Shown here: piece by piece, positions 55,016-64,000 of the stretch
How the letters are laid out: every line of letters begins with the position of its first letter
Position numbering within the stretch: position 1 is the first letter of the stretch
NCBI GenBank assembly: GCA_964436015.1
Contig: CAYTAR010000001.1
Coordinates: 28,321-92,320, forward strand
From: an uncultured Candidatus Saccharibacteria bacterium
GTDB taxonomy: Bacteria > Patescibacteriota > Minisyncoccia > Phycocordibacterales > GCA-2401445
Length of the DNA stretch: 64,000 nucleotides
Reading direction: 5' to 3'
Notes under the pieces: generated by a model
What the model saw: only the letters and a program-made list of their open reading frames with translations
Databases searched by the model: none
Told to the model about the DNA's origin: nothing
Translations under genes and position numbers: made by a program

Positions 55016-56077
55016 ATGCTTGCAATTGCCGATATTGTTAAGATTTTCATTCCCGCACTTACCGCGTTTATTATTGGCATTTTGTGCACTCCGTTTCTCA
55101 CACACATTCTCTACAAGTACCAGTTATGGAAAAAAGAAGCGAGAACGGCTGGTTTAGGAGGTGGCTCTACTCCTATTTTTAATAATCTTCATAAAGAAAA
55201 AGAGGTGGGAACACCTAAAATGGGTGGGGTCATTATCTGGGGAAGCGTAACTGTAACGATATTCTTTTTCTTTATTCTTGCGCAACTGACAAATATTCCA
55301 CTTTTAGAAAAACTTGATTTTTTGAGCAGAAATCAAACATGGCTACCACTTTTTACACTTATTGTTGCCTCGCTACTTGGGTTGTTTGATGACTACTTAT
55401 CAGTCAAAGGAACTGGTGGTTACATCGCGGGTGGTTTGCCACTACGTGTGAGAATAGCCATGGTTCTTGCAATAGGCGCAGTAGGGGGGTGGTGGTTTCA
55501 ATATAAACTGGATGGATTTACAGAAATAGTATTTCCGTTCTTTGGTGTGGTAGATTTTGGTATTCTTTTTATTCCGTTCTTTGCGCTCATGATGCTTGCT
55601 ATATTCTCGGGTGGAGTAATTGACGGAATTGATGGTCTTGCGGGTGGGGTAATGGCAAGCTCATTTGCTGCGTATGCGATTATTGCTTTTGCGCAGAATC
55701 AAATAAATATCGCAACTTTTTGTACTGTAGTAGTTGGTGGCATTCTTGCGTTTCTTTGGTTTAATGTACCTCCTGCTCGTTTTTATATGTCTGAAACCGG
55801 CATGCTTGGACTTACCACTACACTTACTGTTATTGCATTTCTAACGAATGCAGTTATAGTTTTACCCCTAATTGCATTTCCTCTTATCATATCTTCACTT
55901 TCAGTAATCATACAGATACTTTCAAAAAAGATTTTCAAGAAAAAGTTCTTCCTTGTGGCTCCTATTCACCACCACTTTGAAGCAATTGGTTGGCCGGGGA
56001 GTAAGGTGGTTATGAGAACATGGATTTTATCAATCGTCTGTTCAATAGCGGGTACGATACTTGCCCTTGTCGCATAG
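55016..56077 (+). CDS. mraY: Phospho-N-acetylmuramoyl-pentapeptide-transferase
   Basis: MraY topology and motifs (TPKMGGVII, DDYLSV, NVPPARFYMSETG, HHHFE). Confidence 0.9.
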   Translation: MLAIADIVKIFIPALTAFIIGILCTPFLTHILYKYQLWKKEARTAGLGGGSTPIFNNLHKEKEVGTPKMGGVIIWGSVTVTIFFFFILAQLTNIPLLEKLDFLSRNQTWLPLFTLIVASLLGLFDDYLSVKGTGGYIAGGLPLRVRIAMVLAIGAVGGWWFQYKLDGFTEIVFPFFGVVDFGILFIPFFALMMLAIFSGGVIDGIDGLAGGVMASSFAAYAIIAFAQNQINIATFCTVVVGGILAFLWFNVPPARFYMSETGMLGLTTTLTVIAFLTNAVIVLPLIAFPLIISSLSVIIQILSKKIFKKKFFLVAPIHHHFEAIGWPGSKVVMRTWILSIVCSIAGTILALVA

Positions 56078-57176
56078 TATGAAAGAGCGCCGTGTTGATT
56101 TTTTATTTCTATCCTCAATCCTTGCGTTACTCATTGTAGGTTTTGTGATTTTTATTTCTGCATCAATGGGACTTTTTGCTCGCGAAGGTGCAGATTTTGT
56201 GCGTATCATTACCCGACAACTTATTTTTGGTTTTCTTTTTGGCGGTACCGCACTAGTACTTATGTCTCAGGTTCACTACAGAAACCTGCGTAGGTTTGCT
56301 TTTTACATTTTTCTCGCATCTATTGCTATATCTTTACTCGTTTTTGTGCCTGGTATTGGCTTTGAGAGCGGTGGTGCAAGACGTTGGATTTCACTCGGCA
56401 TAGTTTCATTCCAACCATCGGAGCTTCTAAAAATAGGCTTTGTTATCTACCTTTCTGCTTGGCTCTCAGGAATAAAAGGGAATATGCACTCATTTAAGTA
56501 TGGTGTTTTGCCTTTTATCTTACTCATTGGAGTAGTTGGAACTATTCTTTTCTTTGAACCAGATGGCGGAACTCTTCTCGTTATTGCGATAACCGCAGGA
56601 TGTATGTACATTGCAGCCGGTGCAAAAATAAAAAACATTCTCACCTTATTTGTATTTGGAGCTATCCTTGCTGGTCTCATTGTATGGCAAAAACCTTATA
56701 TCCTTGATCGTCTGACCACTTTTCTACAGCCTGAATTAGATTTACAAGGTTCAGGATATCAAATAAACCAGTCACTCATTGCCATAGGATCTGGGCAGTT
56801 TTTTGGTAGAGGGTTTGGTCAGAGTATACAAAAATTTAGTTACTTACCCGAACCGATTGGAGACTCAATATTTGCAGTTACAGCTGAAGAATTTGGATTT
56901 TTGGGTTCAGTTACACTATTAGCGCTCTACATGACATTTCTTGTATTTGGCTTACGTATTGCAAAGCATGCTCCAGATTTGTTCGGTGGACTACTGGTGG
57001 TAGGAATTGTTATACTAGTAGTGTCGCAGTCATTGATTAACATATCGGCAATGCTCGGCATTTTCCCATTATCAGGAATGCCTTTAATTTTTGTTAGTCA
57101 CGGTGGTACTGCGCTTGCGGTTACACTAGCATCTCTCGGTATTGTCTTGAATGTTTCTAAATATCAACGCAAATGA
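56061..57176 (+). CDS. ftsW: SEDS-family peptidoglycan glycosyltransferase FtsW/RodA (alternative start 56082)
   Basis: 10-TM profile, conserved RWISLGIVSFQPSELLKI, FGLRIAKHAPD, mraY-ftsW-murG synteny. Confidence 0.85.
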   Translation: MPLSHSMKERRVDFLFLSSILALLIVGFVIFISASMGLFAREGADFVRIITRQLIFGFLFGGTALVLMSQVHYRNLRRFAFYIFLASIAISLLVFVPGIGFESGGARRWISLGIVSFQPSELLKIGFVIYLSAWLSGIKGNMHSFKYGVLPFILLIGVVGTILFFEPDGGTLLVIAITAGCMYIAAGAKIKNILTLFVFGAILAGLIVWQKPYILDRLTTFLQPELDLQGSGYQINQSLIAIGSGQFFGRGFGQSIQKFSYLPEPIGDSIFAVTAEEFGFLGSVTLLALYMTFLVFGLRIAKHAPDLFGGLLVVGIVILVVSQSLINISAMLGIFPLSGMPLIFVSHGGTALAVTLASLGIVLNVSKYQRK

Positions 57177-58297
57177 AAATAGCTTTTACAGGAGGTTCGT
57201 CTGGAGGACATTTCTATCCACTTATTGCAGTGGCGGATGCTATTCGTGCAATCGAAGAAAGGGAACGTCTTGTGCCCGTACAACTTTACTTCATAGGCCC
57301 AGAGCCATATAACGAAAGAATGCTTTTTGAGCGGAATATTTCGTTTGTACGGCTTTCTGCAGGAAAAGTACGAACTTATTTTTCTTTACTGAATGTGCTG
57401 GATGTGTTCAAAACAATAAGTGGAAGCATGCACGCAGTACTCAAACTGTGGAGCCTGTATCCTGATGTAATATTCTCGAAAGGAAGTTATGCTTCCTTTC
57501 CCGTAATAATAGCGGCACGTATACTTAGAATACCAGTTATTATTCATGAATCTGACACTGTTCCTGGTAGGGCAAATATGTTTGCGTCATCTTTTGCTAA
57601 ACGCATTGCTATTTCGTACCCAAGTACCATGAGTTACTTTAAAAGAAAAGACGTAGTAGCTCACACTGGAAATCCTGTCAGAAATGAAATGAAATTCCCT
57701 GAAAAAAATGGTGCATTGGAGCATTTTAATCTTGAAAAAGGGATACCCACGATGCTTATACTTGGCGGATCGCAGGGGTCTCAGATCATAAATGAAGCAA
57801 TTTTAAATGCACTTCCTACACTTCTCTCTGAGGTACAAGTAATACATCAAGTAGGTAAAAACAACTTTGAGGAAACAAAAGTACTTGCTGATGTAATACT
57901 ACATGGACATCCGGAAAAAAAGAGGTACCACCAGTATCCATATTTGCCAGTTCTTGATATGAGATACGCAGCTGGAATCGCGGACATTGTTATAACTCGT
58001 GCAGGTTCTACACTTTTTGAAATAGCTCTTTGGGGAGTTCCTGCGATTATCATTCCAATTACAGAATCAAACGGCAACCATCAACGAGAAAATGCCTATG
58101 CATACGCAAGAAGTGGAGCAGGTCATGTAATAGAAGAAAAAAACCTAACTCCAGGAATTATTACAGCTGAAGTAAGAAAAATACTTTCTGACGAGACACT
58201 TAGAACGCGAATGTCATCCGCTGGAAAGGATTTTGGCAAACCAAATGCTGCAGATGTCATCGCACAAGAGCTTATTCGAATTGCAATCTCACATTAG
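57173..58297 (+). CDS. murG: UDP-GlcNAc:Mur-pentapeptide-PP-undecaprenol GlcNAc transferase
   Basis: MKIAFTGGSSGGHFYPLIAVADAI (G-loop), GGSQGSQ motif, C-terminal GT28 domain. Confidence 0.9.
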   Translation: MKIAFTGGSSGGHFYPLIAVADAIRAIEERERLVPVQLYFIGPEPYNERMLFERNISFVRLSAGKVRTYFSLLNVLDVFKTISGSMHAVLKLWSLYPDVIFSKGSYASFPVIIAARILRIPVIIHESDTVPGRANMFASSFAKRIAISYPSTMSYFKRKDVVAHTGNPVRNEMKFPEKNGALEHFNLEKGIPTMLILGGSQGSQIINEAILNALPTLLSEVQVIHQVGKNNFEETKVLADVILHGHPEKKRYHQYPYLPVLDMRYAAGIADIVITRAGSTLFEIALWGVPAIIIPITESNGNHQRENAYAYARSGAGHVIEEKNLTPGIITAEVRKILSDETLRTRMSSAGKDFGKPNAADVIAQELIRIAISH

Positions 58298-58298
58298 T

Positions 58299-59657
58299 AT
58301 GAACAGTGAACAAGAAAAGCAAATAGTAGTACGTTTTCCACCAAGCCCAACAGGCTTTCTTCATGTGGGGAGTGCGCGAACCGCATTGTTCAATTACTTG
58401 TTTGCAAAAAAGATGAACGGTAAACTCATTTTGAGAATTGAGGACACAGATACTGATCGCTCTGAAAAACATTTTGAAGAAAATATTATTGAAGGCCTTA
58501 ATTGGCTTGGTATTACATATGATGAATTTTATCGACAGTCCGAACGTACAGAAATATATACCTCTTACTTACATCGATTGGTTGAAAGTGGTCACGCCTA
58601 CGTATCAAATGAACCCGCAAAATCAGGGGAGGGTACAGTTGATGTAGTTCGTTTCAAAAATCCAAACACCTGTATTACTTTCACGGATGCGGTTCGTGGA
58701 GAAATTACTTTTGATACAACCGACCTTAAAGACTTTGTTATCGCAAAAAGTATGACGGAACCACTCTACCACCTTGCGGTAGTGGTTGATGATTTTGAAA
58801 TGGGGGTAACTCACATAATCAGAGGGGAAGACGGGATATCAAACACACCACGGCAAATTTTAATACAGGAAGCTTTAGGTGCACCAAGACCGGTATACGC
58901 ACACATACCACTTATACTTGGCCCCGACAGGTCCAAACTCTCCAAGCGGCACGGTGCTGAACCAATAACATCGCTCCGTGATGATGGGTACCTTGCTGAA
59001 TCAGTAATAAACCACCTTGCGTTTCTTGGATGGAACCCAGGAGATGAACGAGAGATTATGCGCATACATGAGCTAATTGACTCCTTTTCTCTTGATCACA
59101 TACAGAAAGGGGGTGCGATTTGGAATCAAGAAAAATTACTCTGGTATAACCATGAGTATCTAAAACTTCTTTCAGCACAAGACCGTTTTGATCTCGCAAA
59201 ACGATTTATTCCTTCTGACCTCATGAATATGGAGTCGTATACTGATGAAAAAATGAAAAAAGTGCTCACCGTTCTATCTGAGCGAGAAATCAAAAAACTG
59301 AGTGATATACCGCACTGCTATACGAGCGGTATGTTCTCATACTTTTTTGAGAAACCTACATTTGGAAGAAACATACTTTGCTTTAAGGAACAGTCCGCAG
59401 ACCACGCATCTCACCATTTATCTCAAATTGAAGAGAGGCTACAGTCTATTACAGAATCACAGTTTTCTGCAGCGAACATAAAAGAATCATTGTGGAATTA
59501 TGCAACTGAGCATGGTAGGGGAGAAGTCCTCTGGCCGTTTAGAGTGGCGCTTACTGGCAGAGAAAAGTCTCCTGATCCTTTTATCGTAGCTGAAATTGTA
59601 GGCAAGAAAGAAACATTCTCAAGAATAATCAATGCAAAAAAACTTTTATCACAGTAA
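58299..59657 (+). CDS. gltX: Glutamate--tRNA ligase (ATG 58299 two nt after murG stop; ORF track start 58233)
   Basis: Class I HIGH-type PSPTGFLHVGSARTALFNY, KMSKS-type KLSKRHG, 453 aa. Confidence 0.9.
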   Translation: MNSEQEKQIVVRFPPSPTGFLHVGSARTALFNYLFAKKMNGKLILRIEDTDTDRSEKHFEENIIEGLNWLGITYDEFYRQSERTEIYTSYLHRLVESGHAYVSNEPAKSGEGTVDVVRFKNPNTCITFTDAVRGEITFDTTDLKDFVIAKSMTEPLYHLAVVVDDFEMGVTHIIRGEDGISNTPRQILIQEALGAPRPVYAHIPLILGPDRSKLSKRHGAEPITSLRDDGYLAESVINHLAFLGWNPGDEREIMRIHELIDSFSLDHIQKGGAIWNQEKLLWYNHEYLKLLSAQDRFDLAKRFIPSDLMNMESYTDEKMKKVLTVLSEREIKKLSDIPHCYTSGMFSYFFEKPTFGRNILCFKEQSADHASHHLSQIEERLQSITESQFSAANIKESLWNYATEHGRGEVLWPFRVALTGREKSPDPFIVAEIVGKKETFSRIINAKKLLSQ

Positions 59658-60945
59658 ACAAAGTCTTTCTATCATTACTTTTATTGTTTTTGTGCTGTGT
59701 GCAGTAGCACTGTCTGTGTCCGCACAGAACGTTGATGACCTTCAGAATAAAATAGTTGAACGGGGAAGTCTTATTCAGCAACTTGAAGAAGAAATTGCTC
59801 GACAGCAACGAGAAATAGTTTTGGTACAAAAAGAGAAAATGTCTCTTGAAAATACCGTTCAAACATTGACCCTCTCTGAAAAAAAAATAAACACCGATAT
59901 TAGACTGACTGAAGCCAAAATAGCTCAGACAAGTAACAATATTGAAAGCCTAAATTTTGAAATAGGATTTAAACTTGCCGATATAACTAAGACAGAAACT
60001 GCTTTATCACGAAGTATTATCTCTATCAATGATTCAGATTCCTATTCACTTGTTGAACTCCTACTCAGGTATGACACGTTATCTGATTTCTGGAATGAGT
60101 ATGATGCAATATCACAGTTTCAAATTAGATTGCGAGAAAACTTACAAACACTGAAGCAACTCAAAGATGAACTTGAAGACAAGAAACGATTGCTTCTTGA
60201 AAGTAACAACAAGCTTTCAAATTTTAAAAAGGATTTAAGTGGCCAAAAGGAAGCTGTGGTCTACACCAAGACAGAAAAAAATTCTTTACTTGAGGATACA
60301 AAGAATAAAGAATCTGAGTACCAAAAAATCCTTAATGAAAAGATTGCTCAAAAAGCTAAGTTTGAAAAAGAACTTCAAGAGTTTGAAGCTCAATTAAAGT
60401 TTATTCTTGACCCAACCTCCATCCCTCGTCCTGGTACTCCTGTTTTTAGATGGCCACTAGCTTCTGTGCGTATTACTCAGATGTTTGGTAACAGTGAGTT
60501 TGCAAAAAATAATCCAAGCGTTTACGGGGGGCGAGCATATCACCCAGGGATTGATCTTGCTGCACCGATTGGAACGAGAATTGTAGCTCCTCTTGCTGGT
60601 GTAGTGGTTGCAACTGGCAATACCGACTCAAAGAAAGGTTGCTACTCATGGGGCAAATGGATTCTTATTACTCATCCAAATGGCCTCACGACACTATATG
60701 CACACCTCTCATCTATAAACGTGTCTACTGGAGAAACGGTCTCTACTGGAGATACTATTGGATATACTGGAAATACTGGATACAGCACCGGCCCACACCT
60801 TCACTTCACTGTATACGCAACTGAAGGAGTTGAAGTAGTTCCATTTGAAAGTATACGGACTACAACCGCATGTGCAGGCCTTACAACACCCGCAGCTGCA
60901 ACAAGTGCGTACCTTGATCCAATTGACTACCTTCCTAAGCTATAA
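59632..60945 (+). CDS. Peptidase M23 family murein hydrolase with N-terminal coiled coil (EnvC-like)
   Basis: Signal peptide, coiled-coil repeats, M23 catalytic motifs HPGIDLAAPIGT and GNTGYSTGPHLHF. Confidence 0.85.
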   Translation: MQKNFYHSKQSLSIITFIVFVLCAVALSVSAQNVDDLQNKIVERGSLIQQLEEEIARQQREIVLVQKEKMSLENTVQTLTLSEKKINTDIRLTEAKIAQTSNNIESLNFEIGFKLADITKTETALSRSIISINDSDSYSLVELLLRYDTLSDFWNEYDAISQFQIRLRENLQTLKQLKDELEDKKRLLLESNNKLSNFKKDLSGQKEAVVYTKTEKNSLLEDTKNKESEYQKILNEKIAQKAKFEKELQEFEAQLKFILDPTSIPRPGTPVFRWPLASVRITQMFGNSEFAKNNPSVYGGRAYHPGIDLAAPIGTRIVAPLAGVVVATGNTDSKKGCYSWGKWILITHPNGLTTLYAHLSSINVSTGETVSTGDTIGYTGNTGYSTGPHLHFTVYATEGVEVVPFESIRTTTACAGLTTPAAATSAYLDPIDYLPKL

Positions 60946-61315
60946 GGGTATTAGAATAGGGGAGTACTCCCTGTTACACGTATAAAAAACAATTCAGTTT
61001 TTTTGTTTTACTTCACTCGGATTAGTAGGAAAAACTTCTCACTAACTAAGTCCAGTTTGCAAATGTAATGTATGGCAAATTTTTATTTATATTTTTTGTT
61101 TTTCATGAATATAATATTCTAATGCATACTTGTATCATTCTATTTGTTAATAAATGAGTTATTGGTGAGGGAGTAAAAATATTTATATAGCAAAGCCTTT
61201 TCTGTATTGTTGTGTCGCAAAAGATATATTGTGCGACACATATATACTTTATATAACAAAGGAAAATCAATTACAGAAATACCCCGCCCTATATAGTGAC
61301 TCTGCGCAATTAGTA

Positions 61316-61348
61316 AAAAAACAGGCGCAATCTTTTGCGCCTGTTTAG
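61316..61348 (-). terminator. Rho-independent terminator downstream of minus-strand gene 61373-61843
   Basis: aaaaaaacaggcgcaatcttttgcgcctgttt: stem caggcgcaa/ttgcgcctg with T-run on minus strand. Confidence 0.65.
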
Positions 61349-61372
61349 AAACAACCGTACTTGTCTGATCCC

Positions 61373-61843
61373 CTAGCTTCGGTTGGCTGGAATTAGAAAA
61401 CCATGTATTTGTGCATACGACGAAGCTCCATGCACGTCACGTTTCTCAATTTTCCTGATCATCTCCAGACTATGTGTAATCATAGTCACCAACCCGTCGC
61501 CTTTCCCGTTCAGCTTTGTGAGCTCCTGGGGCGCCTCCATAAGCACTTGTTCAACCATACCTGTGGTTGAGCTAATGGTCTTGCACACCTGTTCGTACGT
61601 ACGACCGTGATAGATCCACACGTAGTACGTCATTCGTGCGAGCGTGCGAACTTTTGTGGAGATGCGCGACAGCGTGCGCAGGTATCCAGTGCGGCTAAAC
61701 CGTTCACACGCATCCTGCACTTCAGTACAGGTGCGGTTGATGATGAGCCTTTTTCTTTCTTCGGTCAAAACTCGCTCCTTACAGGTTTTCTTTGCATAGA
61801 ACAGTGAATTGGTTTTGCGTGCCGTAAACAGTTGCGTGTTCAT
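61373..61843 (-). CDS. Hypothetical protein with probable C-terminal HTH (sigma region-4-like) segment
   Basis: 156-aa ORF bounded by terminator; segment GRTYEQVCKTISSTTGMVEQVLMEA resembles HTH; no firm family. Confidence 0.4.
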   Translation of the reverse strand: MNTQLFTARKTNSLFYAKKTCKERVLTEERKRLIINRTCTEVQDACERFSRTGYLRTLSRISTKVRTLARMTYYVWIYHGRTYEQVCKTISSTTGMVEQVLMEAPQELTKLNGKGDGLVTMITHSLEMIRKIEKRDVHGASSYAQIHGFLIPANRS

Positions 61844-61904
61844 GTCTGGGATAATTAAACAATATCATTATGTATTTGTCAATTACGTTACTAAATCTAA
61901 GTTA

Positions 61905-61935
61905 ATACAAAAAACCGCCAATGGGCGGTTTTTTG
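61905..61935. terminator. Bidirectional rho-independent terminator
   Basis: aaaaaaccgccaatgggcggtttttt. Confidence 0.7.
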
Positions 61936-61936
61936 A

Positions 61937-62389
61937 TTAGTAGTACTTTTCCCAACAAGGCTTTGATGCACCCCATGGTGATAGTCCTTGATGCTCGTAT
62001 AAGTATTTAGCGTATAGAATATTCCCTTGTGGTGAAAATATATCAATGCCCATCTCTAGTGCTTTCTCACCGTGGTAATACTCATTGATCTGCATTATTC
62101 CGATATCGCGAGAATCAATCTCACCTCTCAGAACTTCTCCATTACCATCGTAGTGTCGCATACCAGATTCACATCTAGCAACGGCAACCATGCTTGGGAT
62201 ATCTTTAAACTCTTCAAAGAGTACCTCTTTCGCCTGTTTTGCCATTGTCTCCTTTTGTGTTTTTTCAATCCGAATACGTTCTATATACGATGCTTCACTC
62301 ATACCCATCTGTTGGTTCAACACCTCAGTTGAGGGTGAGTAACCAAAGAAAAGCATTGTAATTACTGTAGCAAATGTTGTTATTGTCAT
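61937..62389 (-). CDS. Lysozyme-like / lytic transglycosylase (SLT) domain protein with N-terminal TM
   Basis: Catalytic-region pattern AVARCESGMRHY...DIGIMQINEYY (E-S ... G-hMQI of SLT family). Confidence 0.65.
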   Translation of the reverse strand: MTITTFATVITMLFFGYSPSTEVLNQQMGMSEASYIERIRIEKTQKETMAKQAKEVLFEEFKDIPSMVAVARCESGMRHYDGNGEVLRGEIDSRDIGIMQINEYYHGEKALEMGIDIFSPQGNILYAKYLYEHQGLSPWGASKPCWEKYY

Positions 62390-62534
62390 AGTATGTGAAT
62401 ATTAAATTCACGTACATATTATAGCACATTAAACACTAATTTGTCAAGTATTTATGCCCATTTTTGTTATTATTAACCCCAAAAAACCATATGTAGAGCC
62501 ACATAAAAACAAAACTTATTGATAACTATTTGGC

Positions 62535-62846
62535 CTATTTTAGCGTAGATTCACTAACCACCCGAAGCAATGCCTCCCTATCGTCATCAGGAGCGACAGT
62601 ATTAACAAACTGGTGATTGCACTTTACACAAAGGAAGCGAATTCTTTCAATACTTCCCTTTCTTTCAATACAGATAGGCTTCATCAAGCCTTTGCAAAGG
62701 CAATTCCTATCTCCCGGATTAATATCAACGTGTTTACTGTACAGGCATGAAGGACAATGGTTTCTATACCCATTTCCACTCACGCTACAGCCACATGACT
62801 CACACGTAAAATCTTCAATATGCCTTTTAAATCGAGGAGTTTCCAT
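62535..62846 (-). CDS. RNHCP-domain zinc-ribbon protein (start chosen at METPRFKRH; ORF track extends to 62966)
   Basis: FTCESCGC...YRNHCPSC...CLCKG...CVKCNHQF Cys pattern with literal RNHCP motif. Confidence 0.55.
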   Translation of the reverse strand: METPRFKRHIEDFTCESCGCSVSGNGYRNHCPSCLYSKHVDINPGDRNCLCKGLMKPICIERKGSIERIRFLCVKCNHQFVNTVAPDDDREALLRVVSESTLK

Positions 62847-62871
62847 GTGTATATATTCACTGCACTGGAGA

Positions 62872-63117
62872 CTATGCGTGTGGTTTTCTTGAAAGCATAC
62901 TTCTATTCCCTGGATCGTTTGGCAAAATAAAGTACAAAACAATGTACGCGAGTCCAAATGGAACAAAACCGGTGCCTATAAGCAACACAATAAAGATTGC
63001 ACGCACAACTGTGGGGTCAACTCCGTAGTATGTAGCAATACCACCACATACTCCCAAGAACTTTTTATCAGTTGATGAAAGATACATTTTTTTCATAAAT
63101 CCATAATACCATACCAT
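62872..63117 (-). CDS. PspC-domain membrane protein (likely start MKKMYLSS at 63096)
   Basis: DKKFLGVCGGIATYYGVDPTVVRAIFIVL matches PspC domain; TM helix follows. Confidence 0.7.
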   Translation of the reverse strand: MVWYYGFMKKMYLSSTDKKFLGVCGGIATYYGVDPTVVRAIFIVLLIGTGFVPFGLAYIVLYFILPNDPGNRSMLSRKPHA

Positions 63118-63216
63118 CCCAAAGTAAAAAGCACACCCTTTTCAAATAGGCAAAACATTGCTATAATTCCCCGTGTTTTCGGTACTAAAAAGAAGAGATT
63201 AACACTAAAGAGAAAT

Positions 63217-63519
63217 ATGACCCAAACAGAGACCATACGAGATGCAGAAGAGAAAGCGAGTCAAAACATAGCGCAGGCACACACAGATGCACATGCGCTC
63301 ATTGCACAGGCGAAGCTTGATGCTCAATTAAAGATTTCTGCCCACAAAGAGGAGATGGTATCAACACGCACACGTGCCATTGAAGCAAAAAAAGCAGACT
63401 ATAAACAACTCTACAAAGAAATTCTAGTTGCTTCGGAAAGAAAAAAAGAAGAACTTACACGTACAGTCTATACTACCAAAGAAAAAGCAGTATCTTTTAT
63501 ACTCAAAGAGTTGATGTAG
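63217..63519 (+). CDS. Putative V/A-type ATP synthase small coiled-coil subunit (G/H-like)
   Basis: 100-aa, no TM, all-helical charged sequence; immediately precedes subunit-I-like gene. Confidence 0.45.
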   Translation: MTQTETIRDAEEKASQNIAQAHTDAHALIAQAKLDAQLKISAHKEEMVSTRTRAIEAKKADYKQLYKEILVASERKKEELTRTVYTTKEKAVSFILKELM

Positions 63520-63526
63520 TTTAATT

Positions 63527-64000
63527 ATGGCAGTAGTACCGCTAAAAAAAATACGACTATACATACACAAAAGTGCACGTGATATTGTGCTAGCCGAACT
63601 ACAGAATGTTGGTGCAATGTCATTTGAGGAAGTTTCGTCTGTTGACGGTCTTCAAAAATACTCTCAGACTGAGTTTGATCTTAACCGTGAACTAGCGAAT
63701 ATTGAGTTTGCAATTTCTTTCCTGAATACACATGTTCCAGAGAAGGTTTCTCTTAAGAAGAAACTTGAGGGAAATTTTATAACAACAACCGATGAAGAGT
63801 GCAGGAAAATTGAAAAGGAATTCCCTTACCAATCAATTGTTCAAGAATTGCAACACATGGAGCGTGAGTTAAATGTAATTCATTCAAGAACAACCGAAAT
63901 TGAAGGTCTTATAAATACACTTACTCCTTGGCAGTCTTATAAAGAAATACTTTCTGTTAGCCAAGATACCGCACAAACAATAGCTACATATATATACGGC
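63527..64000 (+). CDS. Putative V/A-type ATP synthase subunit I, 3'-partial (runs off window)
   Basis: Open frame from ATG 63527 to window end; N-terminus MAVVPLKKIRLYIHKSARDIVLAELQNVGAMSFEEV resembles subunit I N-terminal pattern (M..P.KK...........L.ELQ..G..H.E.). Confidence 0.45.
   Translation, partial: MAVVPLKKIRLYIHKSARDIVLAELQNVGAMSFEEVSSVDGLQKYSQTEFDLNRELANIEFAISFLNTHVPEKVSLKKKLEGNFITTTDEECRKIEKEFPYQSIVQELQHMERELNVIHSRTTEIEGLINTLTPWQSYKEILSVSQDTAQTIATYIYG

Overview
This 64-kb window comes from a low-GC, gene-dense bacterial chromosome with unusually compact housekeeping proteins (PheS 242 aa, PheT 652 aa, SMC 754 aa, RpoB about 1058 aa). It also carries an archaeal-type SAM synthetase and a possible V/A-type ATPase operon, which is consistent with a reduced, CPR/Patescibacteria-like genome, but the lineage cannot be assigned from sequence alone.

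Most of the window is core housekeeping:
- translation and replication genes (rpsB partial, tsf, tRNA-Thr, pheS, pheT, gyrB, dnaE, rnhB, rpmF, rnc, smc, rnr, rpsP, a KH protein, trmD), with one unusual member, a NusB-NUDIX fusion;
- a contiguous rpoB-rpoC-dnaG-rpoD block;
- aminoacyl-tRNA synthetases trpS, aspS and gltX, plus scpA-scpB;
- cell-wall genes (dacA-like, mraY, ftsW, murG, an M23 peptidase).

The accessory or unusual regions are:
1. A tRNA-Thr whose 3' half is tandemly duplicated in 96-nt units, with a 5' tRNA fragment upstream.
2. A sortase next to a 928-aa surface protein with PKD-like repeats. The repeats include three nucleotide-identical modules, and an internal sorting-signal-like segment is followed by about 190 more residues.
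3. An AT-rich seven-gene operon at 35.1-41.4 kb, bounded by 36-bp imperfect inverted repeats with a GC-rich 280-bp element at its left edge. It encodes an XRE regulator, myo-inositol-1-phosphate synthase, archaeal-type SAM synthetase, a truncated AlaRS catalytic-domain paralog, an S51 peptidase, a GT4 glycosyltransferase and a PIG-L/LmbE deacetylase. This resembles a mycothiol or GPI-like GlcN-inositol pathway in which a class II aaRS paralog takes the ligase role; this is the candidate novel system.
4. A UvrD-type helicase fused to a Cas4/AddB-like Fe-S nuclease.
5. An AT-rich island carrying a PlsC-like acyltransferase, an N-acyl amino acid synthase-like GNAT, a methyltransferase and an orphan histidine kinase, a possible aminolipid cluster.
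6. Small minus-strand genes (SLT domain, RNHCP zinc ribbon, PspC domain) and the start of a V/A-type ATP synthase operon at the window end.

No rRNA, CRISPR array or recognisable transposase was seen.
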